A stretch of DNA of 64,000 nt from an uncultured Micavibrio sp. (lineage in GTDB: Bacteria > Pseudomonadota > Alphaproteobacteria > Micavibrionales > UBA1664): the NCBI GenBank assembly GCA_964531715.1, contig CAZHEE010000008.1:1963-65962 (forward strand), in the 5' to 3' direction. The notes beneath the pieces were generated by a model that ran no database searches, was not told where the DNA came from, and worked only from the letters and a program-made list of their open reading frames with translations. This document shows, piece by piece, positions 48,419 through 56,986 of this stretch. Numbering within the stretch: the first letter of the stretch is position 1; the number at the start of each line of letters is the position of its first letter. Both the position numbers and the translations under genes were made by a program.

Positions 48419-48949
48419 ATGAATAAAGAAATATTAAAAAGTAAAATGACATTCAGAATACTTCCTTTCCTTACCGCACCTTTATTGGTTTTGACATCCT
48501 GTGCCTATATGCCGATTGCGCAACCTCAAATGGTGGCGGAGCCTGATACGGCCGACCTGATGCTTGCCGATGCGGCAGATCGTGCGACACGCGCCCTCGA
48601 AACGCTTTCGGCGATGGAACGTACGCAATTGCCTGCGGCTTCTCAAGCGGCGATTGTGCCAAACGCCCCTCAGGAGCTTCGCCGTGCTGTCACATTTGAC
48701 TGGGTCGGACCTGTTGAGCCACTGGTTGAGGAGCTGACCCGCAAAAGCGGTTATCGCTATAATGTTATCGGGAAGGAACCTGCAACGCCGATTATTGTGA
48801 CGATGAGCGCGATTAACAAACCGCTGATTAACGTGTTTCGCGATGTCGGGATACAGCTTGGCGCACGGGCGGATATCAAAGTTGATGCCTCGACAAGAAT
48901 GGTTGAACTTCAATATAATGATTTTGCCAATAACAGGAATGACCAGTAA
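48419..48949 (+). CDS. dotD: Type IVB secretion lipoprotein DotD (TraH-like)
   Basis: It has the lipobox LVLTSCA and a C-terminal secretin-N0-like domain (VTFDWVGPVEPLVEELTRKSGY...). It abuts the dotC-like gene (TAAATG). Confidence 0.75.
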   Translation: MNKEILKSKMTFRILPFLTAPLLVLTSCAYMPIAQPQMVAEPDTADLMLADAADRATRALETLSAMERTQLPAASQAAIVPNAPQELRRAVTFDWVGPVEPLVEELTRKSGYRYNVIGKEPATPIIVTMSAINKPLINVFRDVGIQLGARADIKVDASTRMVELQYNDFANNRNDQ

Positions 48950-49804
48950 ATGACCGAGCGCGGACGTTTTCATGTTTTTAGTATCGCACTTATCCTGCTG
49001 ATATTTTTCCTGCCGTTGATGGCAATGGCGGCAATGGATCCAACCAAAGGCGAAGTATCGAACCTGACCCTCTCGGAACTGATTGAGCAAACCGCAAATG
49101 TTAATCCGGTCGATGATTTGGCTGATACGTTGGAGCCATCACAAATTCGTATGGATGCGATTAAGCAAGCCGCGCTGTCATACGGCGCACGTGCAGGTCT
49201 AGCCAAACGAACGGAAATTATCCGTGAAACACTTGATGCCAAGGCAGGCGCGATGGATCAGATTTATGATTTCGGGCGCCTCCTTATTCCCGCGCCGTCC
49301 GGTCTGATGATTGAACCGCCAATTATCAGTGAGGGGGAGGACGCCACCCTGATTGAAAGCGGAGGGCAAACCGCCGCCGTCGCTGACCGGATTTTTCAGA
49401 TTAACCGCAATGCGCGGATTGTCTCAACCGCGCGAAACTGGCGTGCCTATCTTGAGCGTGAATGGGGTAATATTGACCTGCCCCCTCGAGTCTTGTTTCC
49501 TCGCACAAATGAGGAGCGGAAAGTCTGGGTTGAGTATTTGACAAGAGGCTGGAACGAGGGCATGGCGCAGGCTGATGAGATTTTTCAGGCGGATTTGAAT
49601 AAACTTGTTTCCGATTATACGGGCATGGTGCGCTATCGTAAATTGCTGTCGATGAATATTGTGTCCGCGCCTTATGCGTTGCAGGTTGACCGTGGCGTAA
49701 CGGGCGGCGGTGATGAAATGCGTATCGGTGACCGCGCAATTGAGATTACAGGCCCGTCGCAATTGATGACAGAGGCATATGAATGGCAACCCGTAAGCCG
49801 ATAA
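48950..49804 (+). CDS. dotC: Type IVB secretion protein DotC (TraI-like)
   Basis: The 284-aa product has a signal peptide and lies between the dotD-like and dotB-like genes, as in Legionella dotDCB. It contains no cysteine, so it cannot be a lipoprotein. Confidence 0.7.
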   Translation: MTERGRFHVFSIALILLIFFLPLMAMAAMDPTKGEVSNLTLSELIEQTANVNPVDDLADTLEPSQIRMDAIKQAALSYGARAGLAKRTEIIRETLDAKAGAMDQIYDFGRLLIPAPSGLMIEPPIISEGEDATLIESGGQTAAVADRIFQINRNARIVSTARNWRAYLEREWGNIDLPPRVLFPRTNEERKVWVEYLTRGWNEGMAQADEIFQADLNKLVSDYTGMVRYRKLLSMNIVSAPYALQVDRGVTGGGDEMRIGDRAIEITGPSQLMTEAYEWQPVSR

Positions 49805-50943
49805 GCCTCCTTAAAGGGGAGAATAATGCGGGTGAAACCTGGCCTGATGAACCTGTCCGCTTTTTGGAGGAGCATGTTGACCCCTTCTTATTATGGTGTA
49901 TATCAAAAGGCTCATCCGATGTCACAATTCAATCGGACAGGACGGTTTATAACGAGATTTCGGGAAAACTTTATCCCGGAACGTATCGACCGCTCGATTC
50001 TGCGGAAATAAACGCTTTTCTCAATAAAATTTATGGACCTGAAGCGCTTGCAAAGCTTGCATCGGCCAATGATCTTGACTTATCCTATGAAATTCGCCCT
50101 GACCGATATTCGCGTAGCCGTTTCCGTGTTAATATTACGGCCGTTCTGTCTCGTGGGCGTGACTCGGTTCAAATCACAATGCGTGTACTGCCGTCCGACC
50201 CACCGACATTTAAGCAGCTGGGCATCGAGGATGAGATTATCAAGGCCTGGAATCCGCGTCAGGGTATGATTGTCGTAACAGGGCCGACAGGGTCTGGTAA
50301 AACGACATTGCTTGCCGCAGGTATCCGTCATCTTCTTGAAGAGCGTAACGGTTGCGGCAAGGTTTTGACCTATGAAGCGCCGATTGAATATACCTACGAT
50401 AATATTAACAGCCCGCATTCCCTGATTTCCCAATCTGAAATTCCCCGCCATTTGCCTGACTTTTACAAAGGCGTGCGTAATGCCCTTCGCCGTAAACCTG
50501 AAATTATTCTGGTGGGTGAAGCCCGTGACCGTGAAACGATCAGTGCGGCGATTGAGGCAGGGCAAACAGGGCATACAGTCTATACAACGACCCATACAAC
50601 AGGGGTTGCGGCAACCATCCGTCGAATGATATCAACCTTTGAACCCGAAGAACGGGCGGAGCGTGCCTATGCGTTGATGGAAACGGTGCGCCTTGTGGTT
50701 ACACAAGCCCTCGTGCCGAAAATCGGTGGTGGGCGCCTTGGTGTGCGTGAATGGATGGTGTTTGACGATAATGTTCGCGAGAAAATGCTCGAAATGGATT
50801 ATAATCAGTGGAGCCCGGAGATACAGCGGATGATTGACCAATATGGCCGCACAATGGAAAAATCCGCAACACAAGCCTTTGAGGCGAATTTGATTGAACG
50901 CCGCCCATACCTCATGCTCGCCAATTCTACCGGCGGGGGGTAG
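49783..50943 (+). CDS. dotB: Type IVB secretion ATPase DotB (PilT/VirB11-like)
   Basis: The Walker A motif GPTGSGKTT, the Walker B / Asp box region ILVGEARD and the His box TGHTVYTTTH are present. It overlaps dotC by 22 nt. Confidence 0.9.
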   Translation: MATRKPISLLKGENNAGETWPDEPVRFLEEHVDPFLLWCISKGSSDVTIQSDRTVYNEISGKLYPGTYRPLDSAEINAFLNKIYGPEALAKLASANDLDLSYEIRPDRYSRSRFRVNITAVLSRGRDSVQITMRVLPSDPPTFKQLGIEDEIIKAWNPRQGMIVVTGPTGSGKTTLLAAGIRHLLEERNGCGKVLTYEAPIEYTYDNINSPHSLISQSEIPRHLPDFYKGVRNALRRKPEIILVGEARDRETISAAIEAGQTGHTVYTTTHTTGVAATIRRMISTFEPEERAERAYALMETVRLVVTQALVPKIGGGRLGVREWMVFDDNVREKMLEMDYNQWSPEIQRMIDQYGRTMEKSATQAFEANLIERRPYLMLANSTGGG

Positions 50944-51807
50944 TCACGCTTTAATCGGTATCCAGATTTCGATTTGACCGCTGAGTGTTTGCACATTAAA
51001 CCGCTCATCATACAGCTCGAAATACAATGGGAAGCATGGCGTTTCCTTTAATTTAGGAAGTGACACACCCCATATAAATTGAACCGTCTCCTTCAATGAT
51101 GAGAGCGGCCCATCATGCGTATAGACAAGGTATGTCGCGGCAGGGATAATACACGTTGTCATTTCATCCGGTATAGTTTCACCGTGATATTCAATACCTG
51201 CGATATAATCAAAGTGACTCTCAGGCAATGACCCATCAAAAAAGCCCTTGCAAATGCCATAGGCGGTAGAGCATTTTGAATCAGGATCAATCTCTTCATA
51301 TCGATTATTAAATTCCTGCCATAATTTATTCAACTCAAGCGGGTTGTCGCCGAATTTATATCTTTTCTCTAAGCCTGTAACGATCATTTCATTCATAGAA
51401 CGCTCTTCAGGTAGTGTTGTAATTGCCGTGGTCGCTATATGATATAACAAAGCCTCATCAAAGACAGGTTGTGAAAGGTGATAATAATCAGACTGTGAGT
51501 GTCGGAATTCGCGCGGGCTAAGCCCGAACATGATCTTAAAAGCACGGGTGAAGGCTTCATGGCTATCAAATCCTGCATCAAGTGCGATATTAATTACGCT
51601 TGCACGTGTTTCCCGAAGCTGGTCAGCCGCGATAGATAACAGACGACGACGGCGATAAAGACCGGGCGATATTCCCGTTAATGCGGTGAATGTCCGATTA
51701 AAATGATAATAGGACATGCCCGCCTCCTGTGCAGGGGCATCGGCTTTCAAATCTTCATGCAAATGCGCTTCAATAAAATCAACCGCGCGTTTGATTTGGT
51801 TGTGCAT
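50944..51807 (-). CDS. AraC family transcriptional regulator with GyrI-like effector-binding domain
   Basis: The N-terminal double HTH (MSYYHFNRTFTALTGISPGLYRRRRLL... / GFDSHEAFTRAFKIMFGLSPREFR) is followed by a 160-aa GyrI-like C-terminus. Confidence 0.85.
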   Translation of the reverse strand: MHNQIKRAVDFIEAHLHEDLKADAPAQEAGMSYYHFNRTFTALTGISPGLYRRRRLLSIAADQLRETRASVINIALDAGFDSHEAFTRAFKIMFGLSPREFRHSQSDYYHLSQPVFDEALLYHIATTAITTLPEERSMNEMIVTGLEKRYKFGDNPLELNKLWQEFNNRYEEIDPDSKCSTAYGICKGFFDGSLPESHFDYIAGIEYHGETIPDEMTTCIIPAATYLVYTHDGPLSSLKETVQFIWGVSLPKLKETPCFPLYFELYDERFNVQTLSGQIEIWIPIKA

Positions 51808-51852
51808 GTGGGAATTATATCATGCCCATTATTGAATTATAATTAAGAAATC

Positions 51853-52680
51853 TTAGCCATATGCAGGCGCAGGCGATGATGCTCTTGACGTTCGTCTTTC
51901 CATGGCTTCATGTTTGGCACGCATAATTTCAAGATTCTCTTCCAATGACTGACCTGCGTCATATATAGAAAGATGTAATGTGCCTTCATCAGGTTCAGTG
52001 ACATTTTCGGCACATCCATAATTATCACCATACCATCGCTCAATATCCAAACGCTCTTTTCCTGAAAAATTGATACGCCTTTGAGCCGAGGGATTTGCCC
52101 ACCAAAAAACAACAGAAGACATGGATAGATGATGATGTGCAGGCTTTTGAAGGAATTGAAACGATAAATTTGGTCCGCTACTGGAAGACTCCATTATAGT
52201 GGTTAGTTCTACGGACTGTCCTTGTGTTTCAATCATATCAATATAAGAACAAATTGATGCCCCCCATTGCATGATTTTATTTGCAGGAACACCTGCATTC
52301 GCATTTATATTCAGTCTAACTTTTAGCACTGGCTTTTGTTTAAAAGCCTGTCCTTTGCGCACCATTGCGAATGCTTCCCCTGCCGCGGCACGACCTGGCG
52401 CAGGATACTGCCCTGCCACATCGTAACGTTTTTTCCTTTCCACAACTTGGGGAATAATTTTTCTGGCGGCATTAACCTCTTTTGTGAGCATGGCCAATCC
52501 TTCAGGCCAACCATATTTAGCCAGTTGATAGGCTTCCTCATAATTGGCAGTGCCATACCAATGCTGTCTATCAGTTCTGCGACTGGATAATTCACCTGTC
52601 CACAGGCATGGTGCATGTGTTGCCCATTCCAAAAACGCATTGGCAGACGGGAATTTTTTGATAATGATATTATATGACAT
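51853..52680 (-). CDS. Hypothetical protein, partner of the upstream AAA_5 ATPase
   Basis: The 275-aa ORF starts 2 nt after the ATPase stop. No family was recognised. The segment VLKVRLNINANAG...QGQSVELTTI is loosely reminiscent of a vWA beta-strand/MIDAS position without the DxSxS residues, which is speculative. Confidence 0.6.
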   Translation of the reverse strand: MSYNIIIKKFPSANAFLEWATHAPCLWTGELSSRRTDRQHWYGTANYEEAYQLAKYGWPEGLAMLTKEVNAARKIIPQVVERKKRYDVAGQYPAPGRAAAGEAFAMVRKGQAFKQKPVLKVRLNINANAGVPANKIMQWGASICSYIDMIETQGQSVELTTIMESSSSGPNLSFQFLQKPAHHHLSMSSVVFWWANPSAQRRINFSGKERLDIERWYGDNYGCAENVTEPDEGTLHLSIYDAGQSLEENLEIMRAKHEAMERRTSRASSPAPAYG

Positions 52681-52682
52681 AA

Positions 52683-53720
52683 CTATCCATGCCTTAATTC
52701 TTGCGCCGCCGCACCAATGGCTCTCACCATTCGTCCTGAACCGCTATTGGCTCTTTCCAATGATGCATGGATGCGTTTAACCTGTGCGGCCTGATTCATC
52801 ACCTGTATCAATGATTCTTCAATTTGATCAATGTTGGGAATATTCATCAAGGCCTGTTCCGCATCCCCGACAAGATCTGACAAACCAAACACACGAGTCA
52901 TATCTTTTCGGAGTTTTTCTAAGCGGCTTACGCTTACAACTTGTGAAGCATCTTCTGCATTAGCCTCCATTCGACCTGTTAATTGTATAATTTGATCTTC
53001 ATCCAGACCTTTTAAAACTGTTCGGTTAAAGACATCCTCTGTTTTAAGACCTGCTTTGATAAGCCTTGCACCATTAATGGCCGCGCGTGTCGATACAATA
53101 TGACGTATTTCAAGGTCTGAAACGGCTTTACGCGCCTGATGAACAACATTAACCCATGAGAGATGTTCCTTACCAACAAGCCTGCAAACAAGGTCTTTTT
53201 CAAGTTTAGGGTCGTACCCGACTTCTGTTGTGACATATCTGTCAAGCGTTGCACCGTCTAAAGCATTTCGCCCCATATATTCTAATGAAGCACCATGCCC
53301 CCAAGTGTTGCCTGCGGCAATGAAATGGAAATCTTCATGACGCTCTACCATACCATCGGGTGCATCCAAAACACCGTTATCGAGTGCGGCATGTACCGAT
53401 ACAATTGCTTGAGGGTCAGATGCATCAATTTCATCAAACAGAAACACGCCCCCTTCTTCATAGGCAGTTCGGAATGGTGTTTTAACCGTATTGCCATGGG
53501 CATCTTTAAATCCACGCAACTGAAATGCGGACTCTACTGCGCCTGTATAATAAAATGTTAAGCCTTTATCTTCGGCGACATTCTTTGCAATTGTTGTTTT
53601 CCCTGTACCGGAGGGACCGACCATAAAAGGGTGTACGCCTGCATTAATGATAGTTAATACACTGTCATATGCTTCATGACGTAAGGGTTTGATTTGTTTA
53701 GTCATAGTTTTCTCTTTCAT
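52683..53720 (-). CDS. AAA family ATPase (AAA_5; MoxR/CobS/NorQ-like) with ~100-aa helical C-terminal extension
   Basis: The Walker A motif GPSGTGKTT and Walker B motif FLFDEIDAS are present, along with the sensor region AAGNTWG and an arginine-finger-like LDRY. Confidence 0.85.
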   Translation of the reverse strand: MKEKTMTKQIKPLRHEAYDSVLTIINAGVHPFMVGPSGTGKTTIAKNVAEDKGLTFYYTGAVESAFQLRGFKDAHGNTVKTPFRTAYEEGGVFLFDEIDASDPQAIVSVHAALDNGVLDAPDGMVERHEDFHFIAAGNTWGHGASLEYMGRNALDGATLDRYVTTEVGYDPKLEKDLVCRLVGKEHLSWVNVVHQARKAVSDLEIRHIVSTRAAINGARLIKAGLKTEDVFNRTVLKGLDEDQIIQLTGRMEANAEDASQVVSVSRLEKLRKDMTRVFGLSDLVGDAEQALMNIPNIDQIEESLIQVMNQAAQVKRIHASLERANSGSGRMVRAIGAAAQELRHG

Positions 53721-53807
53721 AATTAAAGTTATGAAAAGTAAAATACTCTATGATTATCCATAAAACTTGATATTTTTTGCGGAATATCGAGTTGGGGAGG
53801 GAAAAAA

Positions 53808-55364
53808 TTACTGCAAAATTATCAGGCCGCTATCCTGACTGCCTGAAATTGTGCCTTGCATTTGCTTTTTAATTTCGGCGGGGGCGGATTTGATCATACC
53901 TTGTAAACTTTGCGGGTTTTGCATGACTTGCGTTGCCTTGTTCATCAGCATATCTAGTGTTTCCTGCGCCTGAATCGCGCCTAAAGCCTGAGTCATAAAT
54001 GGGCTTGCGGCCGTGGCGGCCTCACCATCCAAACGATTAAGAATTTGAACCGCCTCGGCCACATTCCCTTTGTCCAGCGCGGCCTTTGCCTCGGCGATAA
54101 TCGCCTCTTCCTCAATAACCATGAGCGGTTTGCCGTCTTTTTCAATTGAGAGAACCTCACCCAAACGGGCCTTCACCCTGTCTTGAATCGAAACATCTTC
54201 GCCATTCATCGCGGCGGTGACAATCTCGCTCGACAAATTTTTTAATTCGTTTGAGAGCCCTTCAGGTGAAAGCACTCCGCTTGCGGCATAGGGGGCAAGG
54301 CGGTTGATTGCCTGATTGAGTTCGGGATTATTATCCCCGACAAGATTTTGAAGCATGGCTAAATCCTGCTCAAACGGTTCCGACCGGTTCAGGCTGTCAC
54401 GCATTTGTGTGAGGGCAAGCAACATTGCCGCCGCGCCCAAATCCCGCGCGGACATGGTTTGCACAGATTGGCTGAGTTCAGCCGCGCCTTGTTTTGTTTG
54501 CTCAACCTGATTATTCAACGCACCCATCTGACCTTGCATATTCGCAATCATGCCCTTGAAATTGGTAAAGGCTTGTGTGCCATCCTCGCCTAAAATTGTT
54601 TGGTCAAAACCATCAAAATAGCGGATAAGCGCGCCAAGGTCAAAATTCTCGTCACCTATATTCAGGTTATCTTCAAGCCTTTGTACCCGCGCCATTAGAG
54701 GTGTTTGTGTATCAATAACGATATTACCTGCCTCATCTTTTTGAAGCCCGATAGCACTCGTTACCGTGCCGATTTTACCAGAGACATCCGCTAAATTTTG
54801 TGTTGCTTGTTGTTTAAAATCTTCGTAGCCAGTGCGGAGTGCCTGAATTTGTGTCTCGGTTTCCTGTTGGTTGGTGGCGAGGTTGTTGAGCTCTTTCGCT
54901 TCCTCACCGAATAAAATATAGCCAATTATAAATAAAATGATAAAGACAGAGAATGTCGTAATAAGCGATTGTTTGACAATCTGGCGTTTAATCTGACCGC
55001 CCGAAACCAATGTCGGATGTTGCTTTTTATCAAAGCGCGTTTCGACTTTGCGTTTTTTGTGTGGCTTGGCATTTGTTTCCGGCATTTTGGGTTTAAGAGG
55101 CGATTCGTAGGGTTGAGATGGGATTTCAGCCTCCCTGCTTCTTTCCTCTTCAATTTTTACAGGGATATTGATACCGTCCAGTGAGATATTATTATCCTTT
55201 GCGGCCTTAAGAAACTCATTCATCCGCTCGGCAGGGATCATGCCGCGCTTTTTCCAACCCTGAATGGTAGAGGCATGGACATTCATCTTTCGCGCCATGG
55301 GGCGCAGGCCACCAAAGCGGTTTATGATAAGATCAACATTGCCGATACCATCCTGCGTTGTCAT
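53808..55364 (-). CDS. Mic60/mitofilin-like membrane protein (alphaMic60 candidate) with N-terminal HTH-like segment
   Basis: It lies directly after hemC-hemD and overlaps hemD by 4 nt. It has one TM (LITTFSVFIILFIIGYILF), a long coiled-coil and a C-terminal block (...LDKGNVAEAVQILNRLDGEAATAASPFMTQA) matching the mitofilin-domain pattern. Confidence 0.6.
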   Translation of the reverse strand: MTTQDGIGNVDLIINRFGGLRPMARKMNVHASTIQGWKKRGMIPAERMNEFLKAAKDNNISLDGINIPVKIEEERSREAEIPSQPYESPLKPKMPETNAKPHKKRKVETRFDKKQHPTLVSGGQIKRQIVKQSLITTFSVFIILFIIGYILFGEEAKELNNLATNQQETETQIQALRTGYEDFKQQATQNLADVSGKIGTVTSAIGLQKDEAGNIVIDTQTPLMARVQRLEDNLNIGDENFDLGALIRYFDGFDQTILGEDGTQAFTNFKGMIANMQGQMGALNNQVEQTKQGAAELSQSVQTMSARDLGAAAMLLALTQMRDSLNRSEPFEQDLAMLQNLVGDNNPELNQAINRLAPYAASGVLSPEGLSNELKNLSSEIVTAAMNGEDVSIQDRVKARLGEVLSIEKDGKPLMVIEEEAIIAEAKAALDKGNVAEAVQILNRLDGEAATAASPFMTQALGAIQAQETLDMLMNKATQVMQNPQSLQGMIKSAPAEIKKQMQGTISGSQDSGLIILQ

Positions 55365-55981
55365 ACGTGTTCTACTTCCTGTAAGATCAGATTCCTCATA
55401 TCAGCATAGCGCGGCGATGCGCTGACCGCAAGATTTCTGTATCCTCTTGTGTCGAAAGTATCGGCGATCTCGTTTGACAGGCAAAGTATTCGCGCCTGTA
55501 TGTCTGTATGCCCCATAACTATATGCGCGGCCTTCACAGAGAAAATCGTAATGATAGGGTCAGGGTCTGTTATTTTAAAATAAGGGTTTGGAAGTGTCTG
55601 ATAAACAGGCCAGTGAAGCGTTTTTTCAGGAATAAAACTCGGCTCTAAGGCAGAGGGATAGAGGATTTTTTTATAAGCAGACAAGTCCAAATCACGAACG
55701 CCACCTGTACCTGTTTGAAGAATTTTAAAGCCCTTCTGTCGGGCTGTACGTGCTGTATGTTCGCCCACGGCGATAACAGGCAGGTCAGGCAATGTTATAT
55801 TTTCAAGTGCATGAGCACTGCTGATAAGTATCACCTCAAACTCACTTTGAGGCATGGGGCTGTCATAGGGTGTCACTTTTAACAGAGGATTGGCTATTAC
55901 ATTTTTAACTAAGCCGTGTAAATCCTGTACAATTTCATTCGCGCGCGGTTGCGTACAGGTTATGAAAAGGGGTTTAGCCAT
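55361..55981 (-). CDS. hemD: Uroporphyrinogen-III synthase
   Basis: The 206-aa product sits in the conserved position overlapping the end of hemC, with HEM4-like alternating beta-alpha layout. The call rests mostly on synteny. Confidence 0.7.
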   Translation of the reverse strand: MAKPLFITCTQPRANEIVQDLHGLVKNVIANPLLKVTPYDSPMPQSEFEVILISSAHALENITLPDLPVIAVGEHTARTARQKGFKILQTGTGGVRDLDLSAYKKILYPSALEPSFIPEKTLHWPVYQTLPNPYFKITDPDPIITIFSVKAAHIVMGHTDIQARILCLSNEIADTFDTRGYRNLAVSASPRYADMRNLILQEVEHV

Positions 55982-56906
55982 GAACCTGCAAATATTCCTG
56001 AGGCGTTTTAGCCTTCAGCTTCCGCCCGACACGTAGGCCAAGGGCATAGGCATCATTCGGGTTTTGAACCGTGGCCGTTTCTTCGGATTGGTAAAGCTCC
56101 ACCCCATCGGGTGATGCAACCATGCCACGCAAACGCATTGTTTTGTTCTCAACCCACTGTGCATAAGAGCCAATCGGTGTGCGGCATGACCCATCCAAAA
56201 CGCCCAGCAATGAACGCTCTGCCGTGGCAACCATGCCTGTTTTCTTATCATGAATAGTATCAAGGATTCTTGCGCTGGTCTCATCATTCTCACGAATTTC
56301 CATGCCTAAAATACCCTGACATACGGCAGGGAGGATAGATTCAGGCTCAATATAAGACGCAATACGGTCTTCCAAATCCATGCGGTGTAACCCTGCGGCA
56401 GCGAGGATGGTTGCGTCAACTTGCCCATCTGACAGTTTTTGGAGGCGTGTATCGACATTCCCGCGAAAGGGCACGATTTTTAAATCAGGTCTGCGTGATA
56501 AAATAATGGCCTTTCGCCGCATACTGGATGTTCCAACAATCGCCCCCTCCGGTAATTCATCCAAAGATTGCGCTTTAAGTGAGATAAAGGCATCACGCGC
56601 ATCTTCGCGTGGTAACACATGGTAAATTTGCAACCCTTTAGGCAGAAAAGTCGGCACGTCTTTAAGGGAGTGAATACCGACATCAATCCGCCCCTCCATG
56701 AGTGCAAGCTCAATTTCTTTTGCAAACAGACCCTTCCCGCCATCGGCTTCGGACAGCAATGTCTCGCCATGGGTCGGGTGCCAGTCCCCTGAAGTTTTAA
56801 TCACTACCAGCTCAAGCGGGAGGGACGGGTGAGCTTTTTTCAATGTTTCGATGAGCTTTTGCGCCTGAATTAATGCAAGCTTGCTGCCCCTTGTTCCTAT
56901 TTTCAT
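55974..56906 (-). CDS. hemC: Hydroxymethylbilane synthase (porphobilinogen deaminase)
   Basis: The N-terminus MKIGTRGSKLALIQA, the motif SLKDVPT, and the dipyrromethane cysteine region (GSCRTPIG) are present. Confidence 0.95.
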   Translation of the reverse strand: MKIGTRGSKLALIQAQKLIETLKKAHPSLPLELVVIKTSGDWHPTHGETLLSEADGGKGLFAKEIELALMEGRIDVGIHSLKDVPTFLPKGLQIYHVLPREDARDAFISLKAQSLDELPEGAIVGTSSMRRKAIILSRRPDLKIVPFRGNVDTRLQKLSDGQVDATILAAAGLHRMDLEDRIASYIEPESILPAVCQGILGMEIRENDETSARILDTIHDKKTGMVATAERSLLGVLDGSCRTPIGSYAQWVENKTMRLRGMVASPDGVELYQSEETATVQNPNDAYALGLRVGRKLKAKTPQEYLQVHG

Positions 56907-56986
56907 GAACGGGTTTCGTCTTATTGTTTCTTTTTTGTCACCACTTTGATAAAACCTTTTGAAACAAATTTAAAGTTTAAAATGAC

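Noticed and set aside
48482-49090. 202-aa ORF antisense to the dotD/dotC-like genes
   Set aside because: This is an antisense shadow ORF with an Arg/His/Cys-rich product. The sense strand carries the lipobox and domain features.
50080-50595. 171-aa ORF antisense to dotB
   Set aside because: It is a shadow ORF. The dotB frame carries the Walker A/B and His-box motifs.
51843-52112. 89-aa ORF overlapping the 3' part of the ATPase-partner gene
   Set aside because: It lies on the same strand in an alternative frame within the longer 275-aa ORF. The longer ORF is tightly coupled to the ATPase and is the better model.
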